This document shows, piece after piece, positions 39,984 through 52,456 of a stretch of DNA of 64,000 nucleotides. Each line of letters begins with the position of its first letter. Position 1 is the first letter of the stretch. Made by a program: the position numbers and the translations under genes. Below the pieces are notes generated by a model. The model worked only from the letters and a program-made list of their open reading frames with translations, was not told where the DNA came from and did no database searches. This DNA comes from Escherichia coli (GTDB lineage: Bacteria; Pseudomonadota; Gammaproteobacteria; Enterobacterales; Enterobacteriaceae): NCBI RefSeq assembly GCF_029227855.1, contig NZ_CP074356.1; one strand, 5' to 3'.

Positions 39984-41267
39984 GTGAACACATTTTCAGT
40001 TTCCCGTCTGGCGCTGGCATTGGCTTTTGGCGTGACGCTGACCGCCTGTAGCTCAACACCGCCCGATCAACGTCCTTCTGATCAAACCGCGCCTGGTACC
40101 TCTTCTCGCCCGATTCTGTCGGCAAAAGAAGCGCAGAATTTCGATGCTCAACACTATTTTGCATCCCTGACACTAGGTGCGGCAGCGTGGAATCCTTCCC
40201 CGATTACCCTGCCTGCGCAACCTGACTTTGTTGTCGGCCCGGCGGGTACTCAAGGTGTAACGCATACCACGATTCAGGCGGCGGTAGATGCGGCAATTAT
40301 CAAGCGCACCAACAAGCGCCAGTATATTGCCGTGATGCCTGGTGAGTATCAGGGAACGGTGTATGTCCCTGCCGCTCCGGGTGGAATTACTCTGTACGGT
40401 ACAGGTGAAAAACCGATTGATGTGAAGATTGGGCTTTCCCTTGATGGTGGCATGAGCCCTGCCGACTGGCGTCACGACGTCAACCCGCGCGGCAAATATA
40501 TGCCAGGTAAACCGGCGTGGTATATGTACGATAGCTGCCAGAGCAAACGCAGCGACAGTATCGGCGTTCTCTGCTCTGCGGTCTTCTGGTCACAAAACAA
40601 TGGCCTGCAACTGCAAAACCTGACCATCGAAAACACGCTGGGCGATAGCGTAGATGCGGGTAACCATCCGGCGGTGGCACTGCGTACTGATGGTGACCAG
40701 GTACAGATTAACAACGTTAACATTCTCGGTCGTCAGAACACCTTCTTTGTCACCAACAGCGGTGTGCAGAACCGTCTGGAAACGAATCGTCAGCCGCGTA
40801 CTCTGGTGACCAACAGTTACATTGAAGGGGATGTGGATATCGTTTCTGGTCGCGGCGCAGTGGTGTTCGATAATACCGAATTCCGCGTGGTGAACTCACG
40901 TACTCAGCAAGAAGCGTATGTGTTTGCACCGGCTACGCTGTCTAACATCTATTACGGTTTCCTCGCCGTAAACAGCCGTTTCAATGCTTCCGGTGATGGC
41001 GTGGCGCAACTGGGTCGCTCGCTGGATGTTGATGCCAATACCAACGGTCAGGTGGTGATCCGTGATAGCGCCATCAACGAAGGTTTTAACACGGCTAAAC
41101 CGTGGGCCGATGCGGTGATTTCCAATCGTCCGTTTGCGGGTAATACTGGCAACGTTGATGATAACGACGAAGTACAGCGTAATCTGAATGACACTAACTA
41201 CAACCGCATGTGGGAATACAATAACCGCGGCGTGGGTAGCAAAGTGGTTGCAGAGGCGAAGAAGTAA
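39984..41267 (+). CDS. ybhC: Outer-membrane lipoprotein, pectinesterase-like acyl-CoA thioesterase
   Basis: 427 aa with lipoprotein signal (LTACSS lipobox); matches YbhC. Confidence 0.9.
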   Translation: MNTFSVSRLALALAFGVTLTACSSTPPDQRPSDQTAPGTSSRPILSAKEAQNFDAQHYFASLTLGAAAWNPSPITLPAQPDFVVGPAGTQGVTHTTIQAAVDAAIIKRTNKRQYIAVMPGEYQGTVYVPAAPGGITLYGTGEKPIDVKIGLSLDGGMSPADWRHDVNPRGKYMPGKPAWYMYDSCQSKRSDSIGVLCSAVFWSQNNGLQLQNLTIENTLGDSVDAGNHPAVALRTDGDQVQINNVNILGRQNTFFVTNSGVQNRLETNRQPRTLVTNSYIEGDVDIVSGRGAVVFDNTEFRVVNSRTQQEAYVFAPATLSNIYYGFLAVNSRFNASGDGVAQLGRSLDVDANTNGQVVIRDSAINEGFNTAKPWADAVISNRPFAGNTGNVDDNDEVQRNLNDTNYNRMWEYNNRGVGSKVVAEAKK

Positions 41268-41310
41268 AAAAGAAAACCCGATAGTCTGAACCATCGGGTT
41301 AATGAAACAG

Positions 41311-41338
41311 GGCGCTATATTTCATAGCGCCTTTTTTT
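41311..41338 (+). terminator. Intrinsic terminator after ybhC
   Basis: ggcgctatatttcatagcgcc hairpin followed by seven T; preceded by a second hairpin aacccgatagtctgaaccatcgggtt. Confidence 0.6.
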
Positions 41339-43598
41339 ACATCTGACGGTTTTTATTGAAATTAATCAAACTACCCGCCTTGATAATCTCGCGCTCTTCA
41401 GCAGTCAGACTTTCCATATAGAGCGTAATCTCTGTTACCGGCGCATCTTCATGGATCACATAACCTTTAAACGTCGTACCCGGATTATCCAGCGCCGCTT
41501 TAATGCCAGGGATGTAAATGTAATCCCCCACTTCAAACGTTGGTGCTTCCGCCATTTGCAGCGGTAACATCCCCCAGTTGATGACGTTAGAACGGTAGCG
41601 TTTAGTCGCGTATTCCTCGGCAATATTCGCCAGACCGCCAATCACACGCTGGCAGCTCGCCGCCTGCTCACGCGCAGAACCATCGCCTGGTTTCACCGCA
41701 TAGACCATGCTGCCAATTTCAGTTTGCAGCGGATCAATATGCTCCTGACCAGCAATCTGCTTAATGCGCGCAAACACCTCTGTCAGCTCGCTGACATTCC
41801 CCGCCAGACGCTGATTTTCCAGCTCGGCAGTCGCTTTACTTCTGCCAACATAACCTGGATCGCGGCGTGACAGGGTAAACTCCGCCAGACCAATCGGATT
41901 TGAACGATAAGAAGATGTTTCACCGGAAGGAATCAGTTCGTCGGTGGTGGTGACTTCGTCGAGGATCTTCGAGCACACTTTGAGGACGATATTGTCAGTC
42001 AGCGCACCCAATTCCGGCCAGTCTTTAATGTTCGGTCCGTAAATCAGCGGTTGCTGGGTCGCCCCTTTCACAAAGCCCTGATAAACACGGTTTTTATACG
42101 GCGTTACATCGAAGGCGTACTCCGGCACGTTGTCCCAGCAATCGAGTTCGCTGGCAGAAGTTAAATAGCCACCGTTTGCCGCAGTCGCAGCGATAGAACG
42201 AGCGTCCATCAACGCCACCGCTGACATCTGCCCATTAGCTGGCTTAGAGCCTTCGCGGTTCGGGAAGTTACGCGTAGTGTGGCGAATACTTAAACCGTTG
42301 TTGATTGGCGTATCGCCCGCGCCAAAGCATGGGCCGCAGAACGCGGTTCTGATGATTGCGCCTGCGCCAATCAAATCTGCTACCACACCTTTTTTGGCGA
42401 GATCCATAAACACCGGCTGTGATGACGGGTAAACCGCCAGCGAGAAGGTGTCATTGCCACAGGATTGACCGCGCAGTGCATTCGCCGCCGCGATGACGTT
42501 TTCGTAGTTACCGCCAGAACAGCCCGCGATAATCCCCTGCTGCACTTTCAGGCGACCATTTTCCACTTTATCCAGCAGCGAGAGTTTGGCTTTACCGTGC
42601 GCCACGCGTTCGGACTCAATTTCAATCTCACGCAGAATGTCGGTCAGGTTCTGGTTCAGTGTGTCGATTTCATACACGTTGCTCGGGTGGAACGGCAGCG
42701 CAATCATTGGTTTGATAGCGCTTAAATCAACGCTGATGCAGCCATCGTAGTACGCCATCGGTTGAGGGTTAAGCTGGCAGTAATCCTGGCCGCGACCGTG
42801 CAGCGCCAGCCAGTTATGGACTTCTTCATCGGTTTGCCAGACAGAACTTAAACAGGTCGTTTCAGTGGTCATAACGTCAACGCTGTTACGGAAATCGGTA
42901 GAGAGCGCAGCAACACCGGGACCTACGAATTCCATCACTTTGTTTTTGACGTAGCCGTTTTTGAACACCGCGCCGATAATCGCCAGCGCCACATCCTGCG
43001 GACCCACATACGGAGCAGGTTTTCCGGTCAGATGCACCGCAACCACGTCCGGATAGTCGATATCCCATGTGTCATTAAGCAGTTGTTTTACCAGCTCGCC
43101 GCCGCCCTCACCGACTGCCATTGTCCCTAATGCACCGTAACGGGTGTGGCTGTCTGACCCGAGGATCATTTTGCCGCCGCCTGCCATCATTTCACGCATA
43201 TATTGATGGATAACCGCAATATGCGGAGGCACAAAAATACCGCCATAACGCTGCGCTGCCGATAAGCCAAAAATATGGTCATCACCGTTAATGGTGCCGC
43301 CGACGGCGCAGAGTGAGTTATGGCAGTTGGTCAGCACATACGGCAGCGGGAAACGTTCCATACCCGACGCTTTAGCGGTCTGTACAATACCAACAAAGGT
43401 AATATCGTGAGAGGCTAATGAATCAAACTTAATTTTAAGTTTATCCATATTTCCGGACGTATTATGAGAAGAGAGAATAGACCAGGCAATAGTGCCTTTT
43501 TTTGCTTCTTCTTTTTTAATTTCGCCGGTGAAATGTTCTTCGGCAATTATTTCGTTATTACTGGCGAGAAACACGCCTTTTTCAGATAACTTGATCAT
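41337..43598 (-). CDS. ybhJ: Aconitase-family protein
   Basis: Internal ATG at 43598 gives 753 aa ([18 protein letters not shown]…); aconitase-like domains. Confidence 0.88.
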   Translation of the reverse strand: MIKLSEKGVFLASNNEIIAEEHFTGEIKKEEAKKGTIAWSILSSHNTSGNMDKLKIKFDSLASHDITFVGIVQTAKASGMERFPLPYVLTNCHNSLCAVGGTINGDDHIFGLSAAQRYGGIFVPPHIAVIHQYMREMMAGGGKMILGSDSHTRYGALGTMAVGEGGGELVKQLLNDTWDIDYPDVVAVHLTGKPAPYVGPQDVALAIIGAVFKNGYVKNKVMEFVGPGVAALSTDFRNSVDVMTTETTCLSSVWQTDEEVHNWLALHGRGQDYCQLNPQPMAYYDGCISVDLSAIKPMIALPFHPSNVYEIDTLNQNLTDILREIEIESERVAHGKAKLSLLDKVENGRLKVQQGIIAGCSGGNYENVIAAANALRGQSCGNDTFSLAVYPSSQPVFMDLAKKGVVADLIGAGAIIRTAFCGPCFGAGDTPINNGLSIRHTTRNFPNREGSKPANGQMSAVALMDARSIAATAANGGYLTSASELDCWDNVPEYAFDVTPYKNRVYQGFVKGATQQPLIYGPNIKDWPELGALTDNIVLKVCSKILDEVTTTDELIPSGETSSYRSNPIGLAEFTLSRRDPGYVGRSKATAELENQRLAGNVSELTEVFARIKQIAGQEHIDPLQTEIGSMVYAVKPGDGSAREQAASCQRVIGGLANIAEEYATKRYRSNVINWGMLPLQMAEAPTFEVGDYIYIPGIKAALDNPGTTFKGYVIHEDAPVTEITLYMESLTAEEREIIKAGSLINFNKNRQM

Positions 43599-43660
43599 CA
43601 AATGCTCCAGATATCTGCGCACCGAGAAGTGCGCAGAAAGATAATAAATGGATATACTCT

Positions 43661-43780
43661 AAATAATTCGAGTTGCAGGAAGGCGACAATCGAGTGAATC
43701 CCCAGGAGCTTACATAAGTAAGTGACTGGGGTGAGCGAACGCAGACGCAGCACATGCAACTTGAAGTATGACGAGTATAT
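43661..43780. repeat. ERIC (enterobacterial repetitive intergenic consensus) element
   Basis: Contains the ERIC core gtgaatccccaggagcttacataagtaagtgactggggtgagcg (both standard ERIC primer sites) between the ybhI stop and the ybhJ start. Confidence 0.75.
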
Positions 43781-45214
43781 TTACAGCATGTTCCAGCCGA
43801 TCAGCATATTCCACCACCACACGCCAAGGGTGATATGCACCAGGAAGGTTAATATCGTCAGTACCGCACCGACCAACCACCAGGATTTAATATCGTTATA
43901 ACCCACGCCAAAGATGACCGGACCTGCCGCGCCGCCATAGTGAGTAACCATGCCGCCATAGGAGTTGGAGAACAACAGTGCCAGCGCGGTTAACATTAAC
44001 GGTGCGCCGGAGACGTTCGCCAGCATGGCAAATACCGGTAACATGGCAACGATATAGGCACTACCGGAAGCGAAGAAATAACGCACGATAATGCTGAGGA
44101 AAATAATAACGAAGAAAGCAACGTTACCGTGACCATCAAATGCCAGGTTATTTTTAAAGACTTCAGCTAACCATTCGAAGAATTTAACTTTCGATAATAA
44201 GGAGCTTAAGCCGATAATACCGCCGTACCAGATTAAGGTATTCCAGCCGCCTTTATTTTTAACCACGTCTTCCCAGGTAACGATACCCAGCAGCAGCATA
44301 GTCGCCATAACAACGATTGCCACGGTGGATTCATCAACCCCCAGTGACTTACTGAAAATCCAGCCCAGCAGCGCCAGCACGAAGACACCGAGCAGCATTT
44401 TTTCGCGGATTTTCATCGGTCCCAGTTCGGCAAGGCCCGCTTTGGCGATGGTTTTGTTATCCACCTTCTTAATTTCTGGCGGATACATGGTGTAAATCAC
44501 CAGCGGGGTGACCAGCAGCATAATGATACCCGGCAATCCGGCTGCCAGCGCCCATCCACCCCAGCTAATTTGCAGGTGCAGAATGTCGTTGATCATTTTC
44601 AGCGCCAGAATGTTCCCCGCCATTGCGGTAAAGAACATATAGCTGGTGGTTTTGGTGACCATGTAAATGGACATCATCAGGTAATGTCCGACACGACGCG
44701 GACTTTTTTCCGGTTCTGACCCCAAAGCCACCGCCACGCTGTTGATGATCGGTAACACAATGCCGCCCGCACGCGCGGTGTTAGACGGTGTTGCCGGAGC
44801 CAGTACCAGATCGAGGAATACCGTAACGTAACCCAGACCCAGCGTGGTGTTACCGATTTTACCAATCAGCAGATAGGCAATACGTTTACCTAAGCCGGTG
44901 GTCACAAATGCGGCGCTTAAGGTAAACGCGGAGAACACCAGCCAGGTGGTACCTGAAGAGTAACCGCTTAATACGGCGGTGGTCTTAAACGCACCGTCGG
45001 ATAAGTTACCGACCACCACCATGGAGGCAGCAACGGCAATTAACAGTACGACAGGTTCCGGGAAAGGCTTGATAACCAGCCCCACAATGGCCGCCAGGTA
45101 AATACCAAAAAGCACCCACGCCAGTTCGCTTAATCCTGCCGGAGCTGGCATAAAGCCAATAATACATGGGATCGCTAATATCAGAATTAGCTTCCATAAC
45201 GATTTTTTATTCAT
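43781..45214 (-). CDS. ybhI: DASS-family (divalent anion:Na+ symporter) transporter
   Basis: 477-aa polytopic membrane ORF matching YbhI. Confidence 0.9.
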   Translation of the reverse strand: MNKKSLWKLILILAIPCIIGFMPAPAGLSELAWVLFGIYLAAIVGLVIKPFPEPVVLLIAVAASMVVVGNLSDGAFKTTAVLSGYSSGTTWLVFSAFTLSAAFVTTGLGKRIAYLLIGKIGNTTLGLGYVTVFLDLVLAPATPSNTARAGGIVLPIINSVAVALGSEPEKSPRRVGHYLMMSIYMVTKTTSYMFFTAMAGNILALKMINDILHLQISWGGWALAAGLPGIIMLLVTPLVIYTMYPPEIKKVDNKTIAKAGLAELGPMKIREKMLLGVFVLALLGWIFSKSLGVDESTVAIVVMATMLLLGIVTWEDVVKNKGGWNTLIWYGGIIGLSSLLSKVKFFEWLAEVFKNNLAFDGHGNVAFFVIIFLSIIVRYFFASGSAYIVAMLPVFAMLANVSGAPLMLTALALLFSNSYGGMVTHYGGAAGPVIFGVGYNDIKSWWLVGAVLTILTFLVHITLGVWWWNMLIGWNML

Positions 45215-45289
45215 TTAAAATCCTGTTCTTTCTGTATGACTCATACAGAAGTCCTTTATTGATTGTCCTTATCCTGACAACGAATTTTT

Positions 45290-46342
45290 TCAGGGAAGAA
45301 AAACTTCACCGGAAAATATTTTTCTGGTTGTCCGAATAACAGATGCGCGTAACGTCGTGGCATCCTGACCTTCATTACTTAAATGAACGTCGAGCGCACC
45401 ACTGGGGTGTTCAATATTGATATTGCCGTATCCTATAGAAGAGACGATTTGTCGGGTGACGGTGCCTTCCAATGCACAACTACTGGAAATGGCAATAGCA
45501 CCGGTTATCGCCAGCGCGCGATGGCAAGAATGCGGCATAAAATAACGCACATTAATTGCTCCGCCTTTCTGCGCTGGAGAAATAAGCACAGGTTTAGGGA
45601 TAACCATATTACTGACATCGCCTAAGCCCATTGCTTTACCCGCTTGTAGACGGATAGATTCAATGCGAGCTAATAATGCTTTGTCGGCATCCAGTTCCGT
45701 CGGTAATTCATAGCCTGTTTTTCCCAGATATTCAGCAGGAATAATGACAACTGGCATCGCCATATCGATACAGGTCACCGGGACATCGTCAAAATAATCA
45801 ATCTGATTATCCGTCGGGAAGACTTTTCCGGTTTTGGTTCCGGCGGCATTCAGGAAAGTGAGCGCAACCGGTGCGGCAGTACCCGGTACGCCGTCAATTC
45901 TGGCGCTACCCTCGTACTCGACAACACCATTTGGCGTTTGCACATCAGCTTCGATGAACGTACCCGTATTGACGTTGCGGATACGTACGCGGGTAACTGG
46001 CGAAGTCGCTGCAATCAAACCATTTTCAATGGCGAATGCCCCAACGCCAGACAGCATATTGCCGCAGTTAGGCGTGGTATCGACACGTTGCTCATGGACG
46101 ATAACTTGAGCAAACAGATAATCGACATCAGCACGCGGATCGCTGGAACGGCTAATAATGGCGACTTTACTGGTCAGCGGATTACCGCCGCCAATACCGT
46201 CAATTTCCAGATCGTTACCGGAACCCATAATTGCCATCAATATTTTATCGCGCTGCGTTTGATCTTCGGGTAGATGTTCCGCTAACAGGAACGCGCCCCT
46301 CGAGGTTCCACCTCGCATCATCACGCAGGGTATTTTTTTCAT
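45290..46342 (-). CDS. ybhH: PrpF/AcnD-accessory-family isomerase
   Basis: 350-aa ORF matching YbhH. Confidence 0.9.
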   Translation of the reverse strand: MKKIPCVMMRGGTSRGAFLLAEHLPEDQTQRDKILMAIMGSGNDLEIDGIGGGNPLTSKVAIISRSSDPRADVDYLFAQVIVHEQRVDTTPNCGNMLSGVGAFAIENGLIAATSPVTRVRIRNVNTGTFIEADVQTPNGVVEYEGSARIDGVPGTAAPVALTFLNAAGTKTGKVFPTDNQIDYFDDVPVTCIDMAMPVVIIPAEYLGKTGYELPTELDADKALLARIESIRLQAGKAMGLGDVSNMVIPKPVLISPAQKGGAINVRYFMPHSCHRALAITGAIAISSSCALEGTVTRQIVSSIGYGNINIEHPSGALDVHLSNEGQDATTLRASVIRTTRKIFSGEVFLP

Positions 46343-46525
46343 AATAATGCCCTCAATTTAAAAACATAACTTATTGCGATATGGTTACATTAAGGGCAAA
46401 GCATCTCTAATGACTTTAGCTCAACGATTAATAACATTTTTTCATTAATTTAAGTTAGCTAAATGCAGTTAGAATTTTTAACGGCCAGTCACCCAAAATC
46501 GACGCTTCCATTTTCCGGAGTAATA

Positions 46526-47479
46526 ATGAAGCATGAATTATCAAGTATGAAGGCATTTGTCATACTGGCAGAGTCCAGTTCATTTAACAATGCCGCTAAA
46601 TTACTCAATATTACGCAACCTGCATTAACGCGAAGAATAAAAAAGATGGAGGAAGATTTACATATCCAACTATTTGAGCGTACAACTCGCAAGGTTACGT
46701 TAACAAAAGCAGGAAAAAGATTGCTCCCGGAGGCGCGGGAATTAATAAAGAAATTCGATGAAACGCTTTTTAATATTCGTGATATGAATGCTTATCATCG
46801 TGGTATGGTGACATTAGCGTGTATTCCGACCGCAGTATTTTATTTTTTACCGCTGGCAATCGGTAAATTTAATGAGCTTTATCCCAATATTAAAGTGCGG
46901 ATTCTGGAACAAGGTACGAATAATTGCATGGAATCGGTGCTGTGTAACGAATCAGACTTTGGCATAAACATGAACAACGTCACAAATTCATCCATCGATT
47001 TTACCCCACTGGTCAACGAGCCGTTCGTGCTGGCCTGTCGGCGTGACCATCCATTGGCCAAAAAGCAGCTTGTAGAATGGCAGGAGTTAGTGGGTTACAA
47101 AATGATTGGCGTACGCTCCTCCAGCGGCAACCGACTGTTGATAGAACAACAGCTAGCCGACAAGCCCTGGAAGCTGGACTGGTTTTACGAAGTGCGTCAT
47201 CTTTCGACGTCATTAGGACTGGTGGAGGCAGGACTGGGGATTTCGGCGCTTCCTGGTCTGGCAATGCCCCATGCGCCCTATTCTTCGATTATTGGTATCC
47301 CACTGGTGGAACCGGTTATACGTCGGACATTGGGGATTATTCGCCGCAAAGATGCCGTGCTTTCTCCGGCAGCTGAACGCTTTTTTGCCTTGCTGATTAA
47401 TTTGTGGACTGACGATAAAGACAATTTGTGGACCAATATCGTCGAACGCCAGAGACATGCGTTACAGGAGATAGGTTAA
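46526..47479 (+). CDS. ybhD: LysR-family transcriptional regulator
   Basis: Internal ATG at 46526 gives 317 aa with an N-terminal LysR HTH; divergent from ybhH. Confidence 0.88.
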   Translation: MKHELSSMKAFVILAESSSFNNAAKLLNITQPALTRRIKKMEEDLHIQLFERTTRKVTLTKAGKRLLPEARELIKKFDETLFNIRDMNAYHRGMVTLACIPTAVFYFLPLAIGKFNELYPNIKVRILEQGTNNCMESVLCNESDFGINMNNVTNSSIDFTPLVNEPFVLACRRDHPLAKKQLVEWQELVGYKMIGVRSSSGNRLLIEQQLADKPWKLDWFYEVRHLSTSLGLVEAGLGISALPGLAMPHAPYSSIIGIPLVEPVIRRTLGIIRRKDAVLSPAAERFFALLINLWTDDKDNLWTNIVERQRHALQEIG

Positions 47480-47519
47480 TACACCGGCGCAGAAGAGACT
47501 GCGCCGGGTAAATCAGCGG

Positions 47520-48551
<1,032 letters not shown>

Positions 48552-48669
48552 CTAAAATTAGTCGCTTTTGGCGGTGAATGCTGAATTAAAACGCAGAATT
48601 TTGTCCGATAGTGGTATCGGTGTACCATTCGCGCAGAAGAAAATTCTTAACCTTAATCTGGAATACGCC

Positions 48670-49488
48670 ATGACCACACGCGTGATTGCTCTCGACTTAG
48701 ACGGCACCTTATTGACCCCGAAAAAGACCTTGCTTCCATCATCGATAGAAGCCCTGGCCCGCGCTCGCGAAGCAGGCTATCAATTAATCATCGTCACAGG
48801 TCGCCATCACGTCGCTATTCATCCTTTTTATCAGGCGCTGGCGCTGGATACACCTGCTATTTGCTGTAATGGCACCTATTTGTATGATTATCATGCAAAA
48901 ACAGTGCTGGAAGCGGACCCAATGCCCGTTAATAAAGCCCTGCAACTCATTGAGATGCTGAATGAACACCACATTCACGGTCTGATGTATGTCGATGATG
49001 CAATGGTCTATGAGCACCCGACCGGGCATGTCATTCGCACGTCTAACTGGGCGCAAACCCTGCCGCCGGAACAGCGTCCGACTTTCACACAAGTCGCTTC
49101 TCTGGCTGAAACGGCGCAACAAGTTAACGCCGTATGGAAGTTCGCCCTGACGCACGATGACCTGCCGCAATTGCAGCATTTTGGTAAGCATGTCGAACAT
49201 GAACTGGGACTTGAGTGTGAATGGTCCTGGCACGATCAGGTTGATATTGCACGCGGCGGCAACAGCAAAGGTAAACGTTTGACGAAATGGGTTGAGGCAC
49301 AAGGTTGGTCGATGGAAAACGTCGTGGCATTCGGCGATAACTTTAATGATATCAGTATGCTGGAAGCCGCTGGTACAGGCGTGGCGATGGGCAACGCCGA
49401 TGACGCGGTAAAAGCGCGCGCCAACATTGTGATTGGTGATAACACTACCGACAGCATTGCCCAGTTCATTTATAGCCACCTGATTTAA
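48670..49488 (+). CDS. ybhA: HAD-family pyridoxal phosphate / sugar phosphatase (Cof-type)
   Basis: Internal ATG at 48670 gives 272 aa (MTTRVIALDLDGTLL with the HAD DxDGT motif). Confidence 0.9.
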   Translation: MTTRVIALDLDGTLLTPKKTLLPSSIEALARAREAGYQLIIVTGRHHVAIHPFYQALALDTPAICCNGTYLYDYHAKTVLEADPMPVNKALQLIEMLNEHHIHGLMYVDDAMVYEHPTGHVIRTSNWAQTLPPEQRPTFTQVASLAETAQQVNAVWKFALTHDDLPQLQHFGKHVEHELGLECEWSWHDQVDIARGGNSKGKRLTKWVEAQGWSMENVVAFGDNFNDISMLEAAGTGVAMGNADDAVKARANIVIGDNTTDSIAQFIYSHLI

Positions 49489-50547
49489 TCAGGCGGTTAT
49501 CGACACACTTTTAATTTGCGCGTACAGCCACAGGCCTGGTTTGATCGCCAGTTCATCCCTGGCCCACGGGCTGATACGCGCCCACAGCGTTTTACCGCCG
49601 ACTTCCAGCTCCACTTCCACCTGGCCGTTGTCGTCATAACTATTAACAACTTTTGCCCGCAATACGTTACGAATGCTGGTTTGCTGCGGCGGTTGTAAAA
49701 CCAGCGAGACATCGGAAGCCTGAATGCGGATGCGTAGTGCAGCTTGCAGCGGTTCGTCCAGCTTATTGACCCACAAATGCTGATCGCCCAGCGCCAGCGC
49801 GGTCATCGCGTAATGCGGATGATGCTCAAGCACCGTCACTTTCAGAATGCTACTTTGTTGCTCTTTCGGCAGCCACGGATTCATCACGCTACTGCCCCAC
49901 ACTTCCTCCAGCGCGCCAAAGGCTTTCACCTGACCGTTTTCCAGTACCATCACTCTGTCTGCCAGATGGAGGATCTCATCCAGCGAATGGCTGACATACA
50001 ACATCGGAATGTTGATTTCCCGTGTCAGCCGTTGCAGATAAGGCAACAGTTCGCGTTTACGCGGAATATCCAGTGACGCCAGCGGTTCATCCAGCAACAG
50101 CAATTCCGGTGCTGTCAGCAAAGCCCGACCAATCGCCACGCGCTGTTTTTCGCCTCCGGACAGGCTGCCTGGTAAACGGTCAAGCAACGGTTCAATGCCT
50201 AAAAGCGCCACCAGCTTATCGAACTGATCGACCATACTTTTCGACATGCCGTAGCGCAGATTGCCACGCACTTTGTAATGCGGGAACAGCCGCGCATCCT
50301 GAAAAACATAGCCAACGCGACGCTTTTCCGGCGTCAGGCAGATACCTTTTTCGGCATCATTTAGTACCCGCCCATTGAGGACAATCCGCCCTTTTTGCGG
50401 ACGCGTCAGTCCACTGATGGCGTTAATCAGCGAAGTTTTTCCGGCACCGGAGACGCCAAAGATAGCAGTGATGCCATTGGCGGGCAGCGTTTCATTAATG
50501 GTCAGGCAATGGTTGCCCAACGTCTGGGAAAAATTCAGTTCCAGCAT
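49489..50547 (-). CDS. modC: Molybdate ABC transporter ATP-binding protein
   Basis: 352 aa with Walker [10 protein letters not shown] and C-terminal TOBE domain; matches ModC. Confidence 0.95.
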
Positions 50548-50549
50548 GA

Positions 50550-51239
50550 TTAGCGCCCCGCCCGTTCACGGCTGATTCTGGCCAGCCATTCTGAAATCAA
50601 CAGGGAGATCATCGCCAGCGCAATAGAAATAATGCACAGTCTCGCCGCGCCACTTTCCCCGCCGGGGGTCTGGATCAGGGTATACATGGCAGAAGGAATG
50701 GTTCGCGTTTCACCAGGAATGTTCGACACAAAGGTGATGGTTGCACCAAACTCACCGAGAGAACGAGCAAAAGCCAGTACCGTACCAACAATAATGCCCG
50801 GTAAGGTCAGCGGTAACGTGATAGTAAAGAAAACGCGCCAGCGCCCGGCACCCAGTGTTCTTGCGGCCTGTTCCAGTTTGACATCAACCCCTTCCAGCGC
50901 CAGACGAATTGCCCGCACCATCAGCGGAAACGACATGACGGCGGCAGCGAGAACCGCGCCGCGCCAGCTAAAGGCGAAGGTAATGCCAAACCAGTCATAC
51001 AGACGTTCACCGATAAATCCGCGCCGTCCCATCGAAACTAATAATAAGTAACCGACGACCACGGGCGGTAACACCAGCGGTAGATGCAGTACGCTGTCGA
51101 GCAGAGCTTTGCCCGGAAACGTGCAACGCACCAGTAACCAGGCAAAAAAGATCCCAAACGGCAGGCTAAACAGCACAGCCAGGGAAGAAACTTTCAGGCT
51201 TAATAAAACTGCCTGCCATTCTGGATCGGTCAGTATCAT
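50550..51239 (-). CDS. modB: Molybdate ABC transporter permease
   Basis: 229-aa ORF matching ModB. Confidence 0.95.
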
Positions 51240-52012
51240 TACTTGGTTGTAAATCCGTAACGTTTAAAGATTTCCGCAGCCTGCGGCCCTTTCAAATAAT
51301 CATAAAATGCTTTCACCGTCGCATTGTTATGCCCTTCCACAACAGCAACCGGATATTCCACTTTTTTATGCGAATCTTCCGGGAAGGTGGCAACCACTTT
51401 TACCCCTTTGCTGGCAACTGCGTCAGAACCGTAAACAATACCCAGCGGCGCTTCATTGCGTTCGACCAACGCCAGCGCGCCACGAACATCTTCCGCCGGA
51501 GCCAGTTTCGGGGAGAGCGTATCCCATGCGCCCAGTTTTTGCAGTGCTTCTTTTGCATAAATGCCAGCGGGAACATGTTCCGGATCGCCAACCGCCAGAC
51601 GACCGCCATTCAGCAGCGAAGTCCAGTTGGTTTTGCTGTCGATGGTGAAATCTTTCTGCTCGCTGGCTTTCGGTGCTACAACGACCAGGCTATTGCCGAG
51701 CAGTGTCTGACGCGTAGCTGTATCGATCGCTTTTTTATCAACCGCATAATCCATCCATTTCTGATCGGCAGAAATAAACAGATCCGCAGGGGCTCCCGCT
51801 TCAATCTGACGGGCGAGAGTAGATGACGAAGCGAAAGAAGAAACCACATCCACGCCTTTCTCTTTTTTATACTGCGTAGCAATGTCCTGCATTGCGTTAG
51901 TCAGTGATGCGGCGGCGAACACCGTGATTTTCCCTTCATCTGCCAGTGCATTGCCAGCAACAGCGAAAGAGAGTGCCGCCCCGGCAAACAAGTTCAACCA
52001 TTTACGAGCCAT
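51239..52012 (-). CDS. modA: Molybdate ABC transporter periplasmic binding protein
   Basis: 257 aa with signal peptide; matches ModA. Confidence 0.95.
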   Translation of the reverse strand: MARKWLNLFAGAALSFAVAGNALADEGKITVFAAASLTNAMQDIATQYKKEKGVDVVSSFASSSTLARQIEAGAPADLFISADQKWMDYAVDKKAIDTATRQTLLGNSLVVVAPKASEQKDFTIDSKTNWTSLLNGGRLAVGDPEHVPAGIYAKEALQKLGAWDTLSPKLAPAEDVRGALALVERNEAPLGIVYGSDAVASKGVKVVATFPEDSHKKVEYPVAVVEGHNNATVKAFYDYLKGPQAAEIFKRYGFTTK

Positions 52013-52030
52013 TGGTAACCCCTTAATCTA

Positions 52031-52054
52031 ACGTTATGTAGGCGTCAATATAAC
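52031..52054. promoter_or_regulatory. ModE operator in the modA promoter
   Basis: cgttatgtaggcgtcaatataacg is a CGTTAT-N12-ATAACG palindrome just upstream of the modA start. Confidence 0.65.
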
Positions 52055-52140
52055 GGCAAGTTCGGAATTTTCCCAGCAGTTATTGCTAACCTTTGTGAGG
52101 TAGATGAGAAAAAATATCGGCAGGAAAAGCAGGAAGTTGA

Positions 52141-52169
52141 GAAAAAGAAAATGCCCGACTAAGCGGGCA
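52141..52169 (-). terminator. Intrinsic terminator downstream of acrZ
   Basis: atgcccg-actaag-cgggcat hairpin followed on the minus strand by TTTTCTTTTT. Confidence 0.5.
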
Positions 52170-52177
52170 TTCAGGGA

Positions 52178-52346
<169 letters not shown>

Positions 52347-52456
52347 TCATGAGACTATTCTAACCGCTAAGCACAGAAAAGCACTCCCCTTTTGTGCGGT
52401 CAGCTTTGCGTGGCGTTCGTTTTCCGTCACAATAAGACTTTTGCCAGGATATTGTT

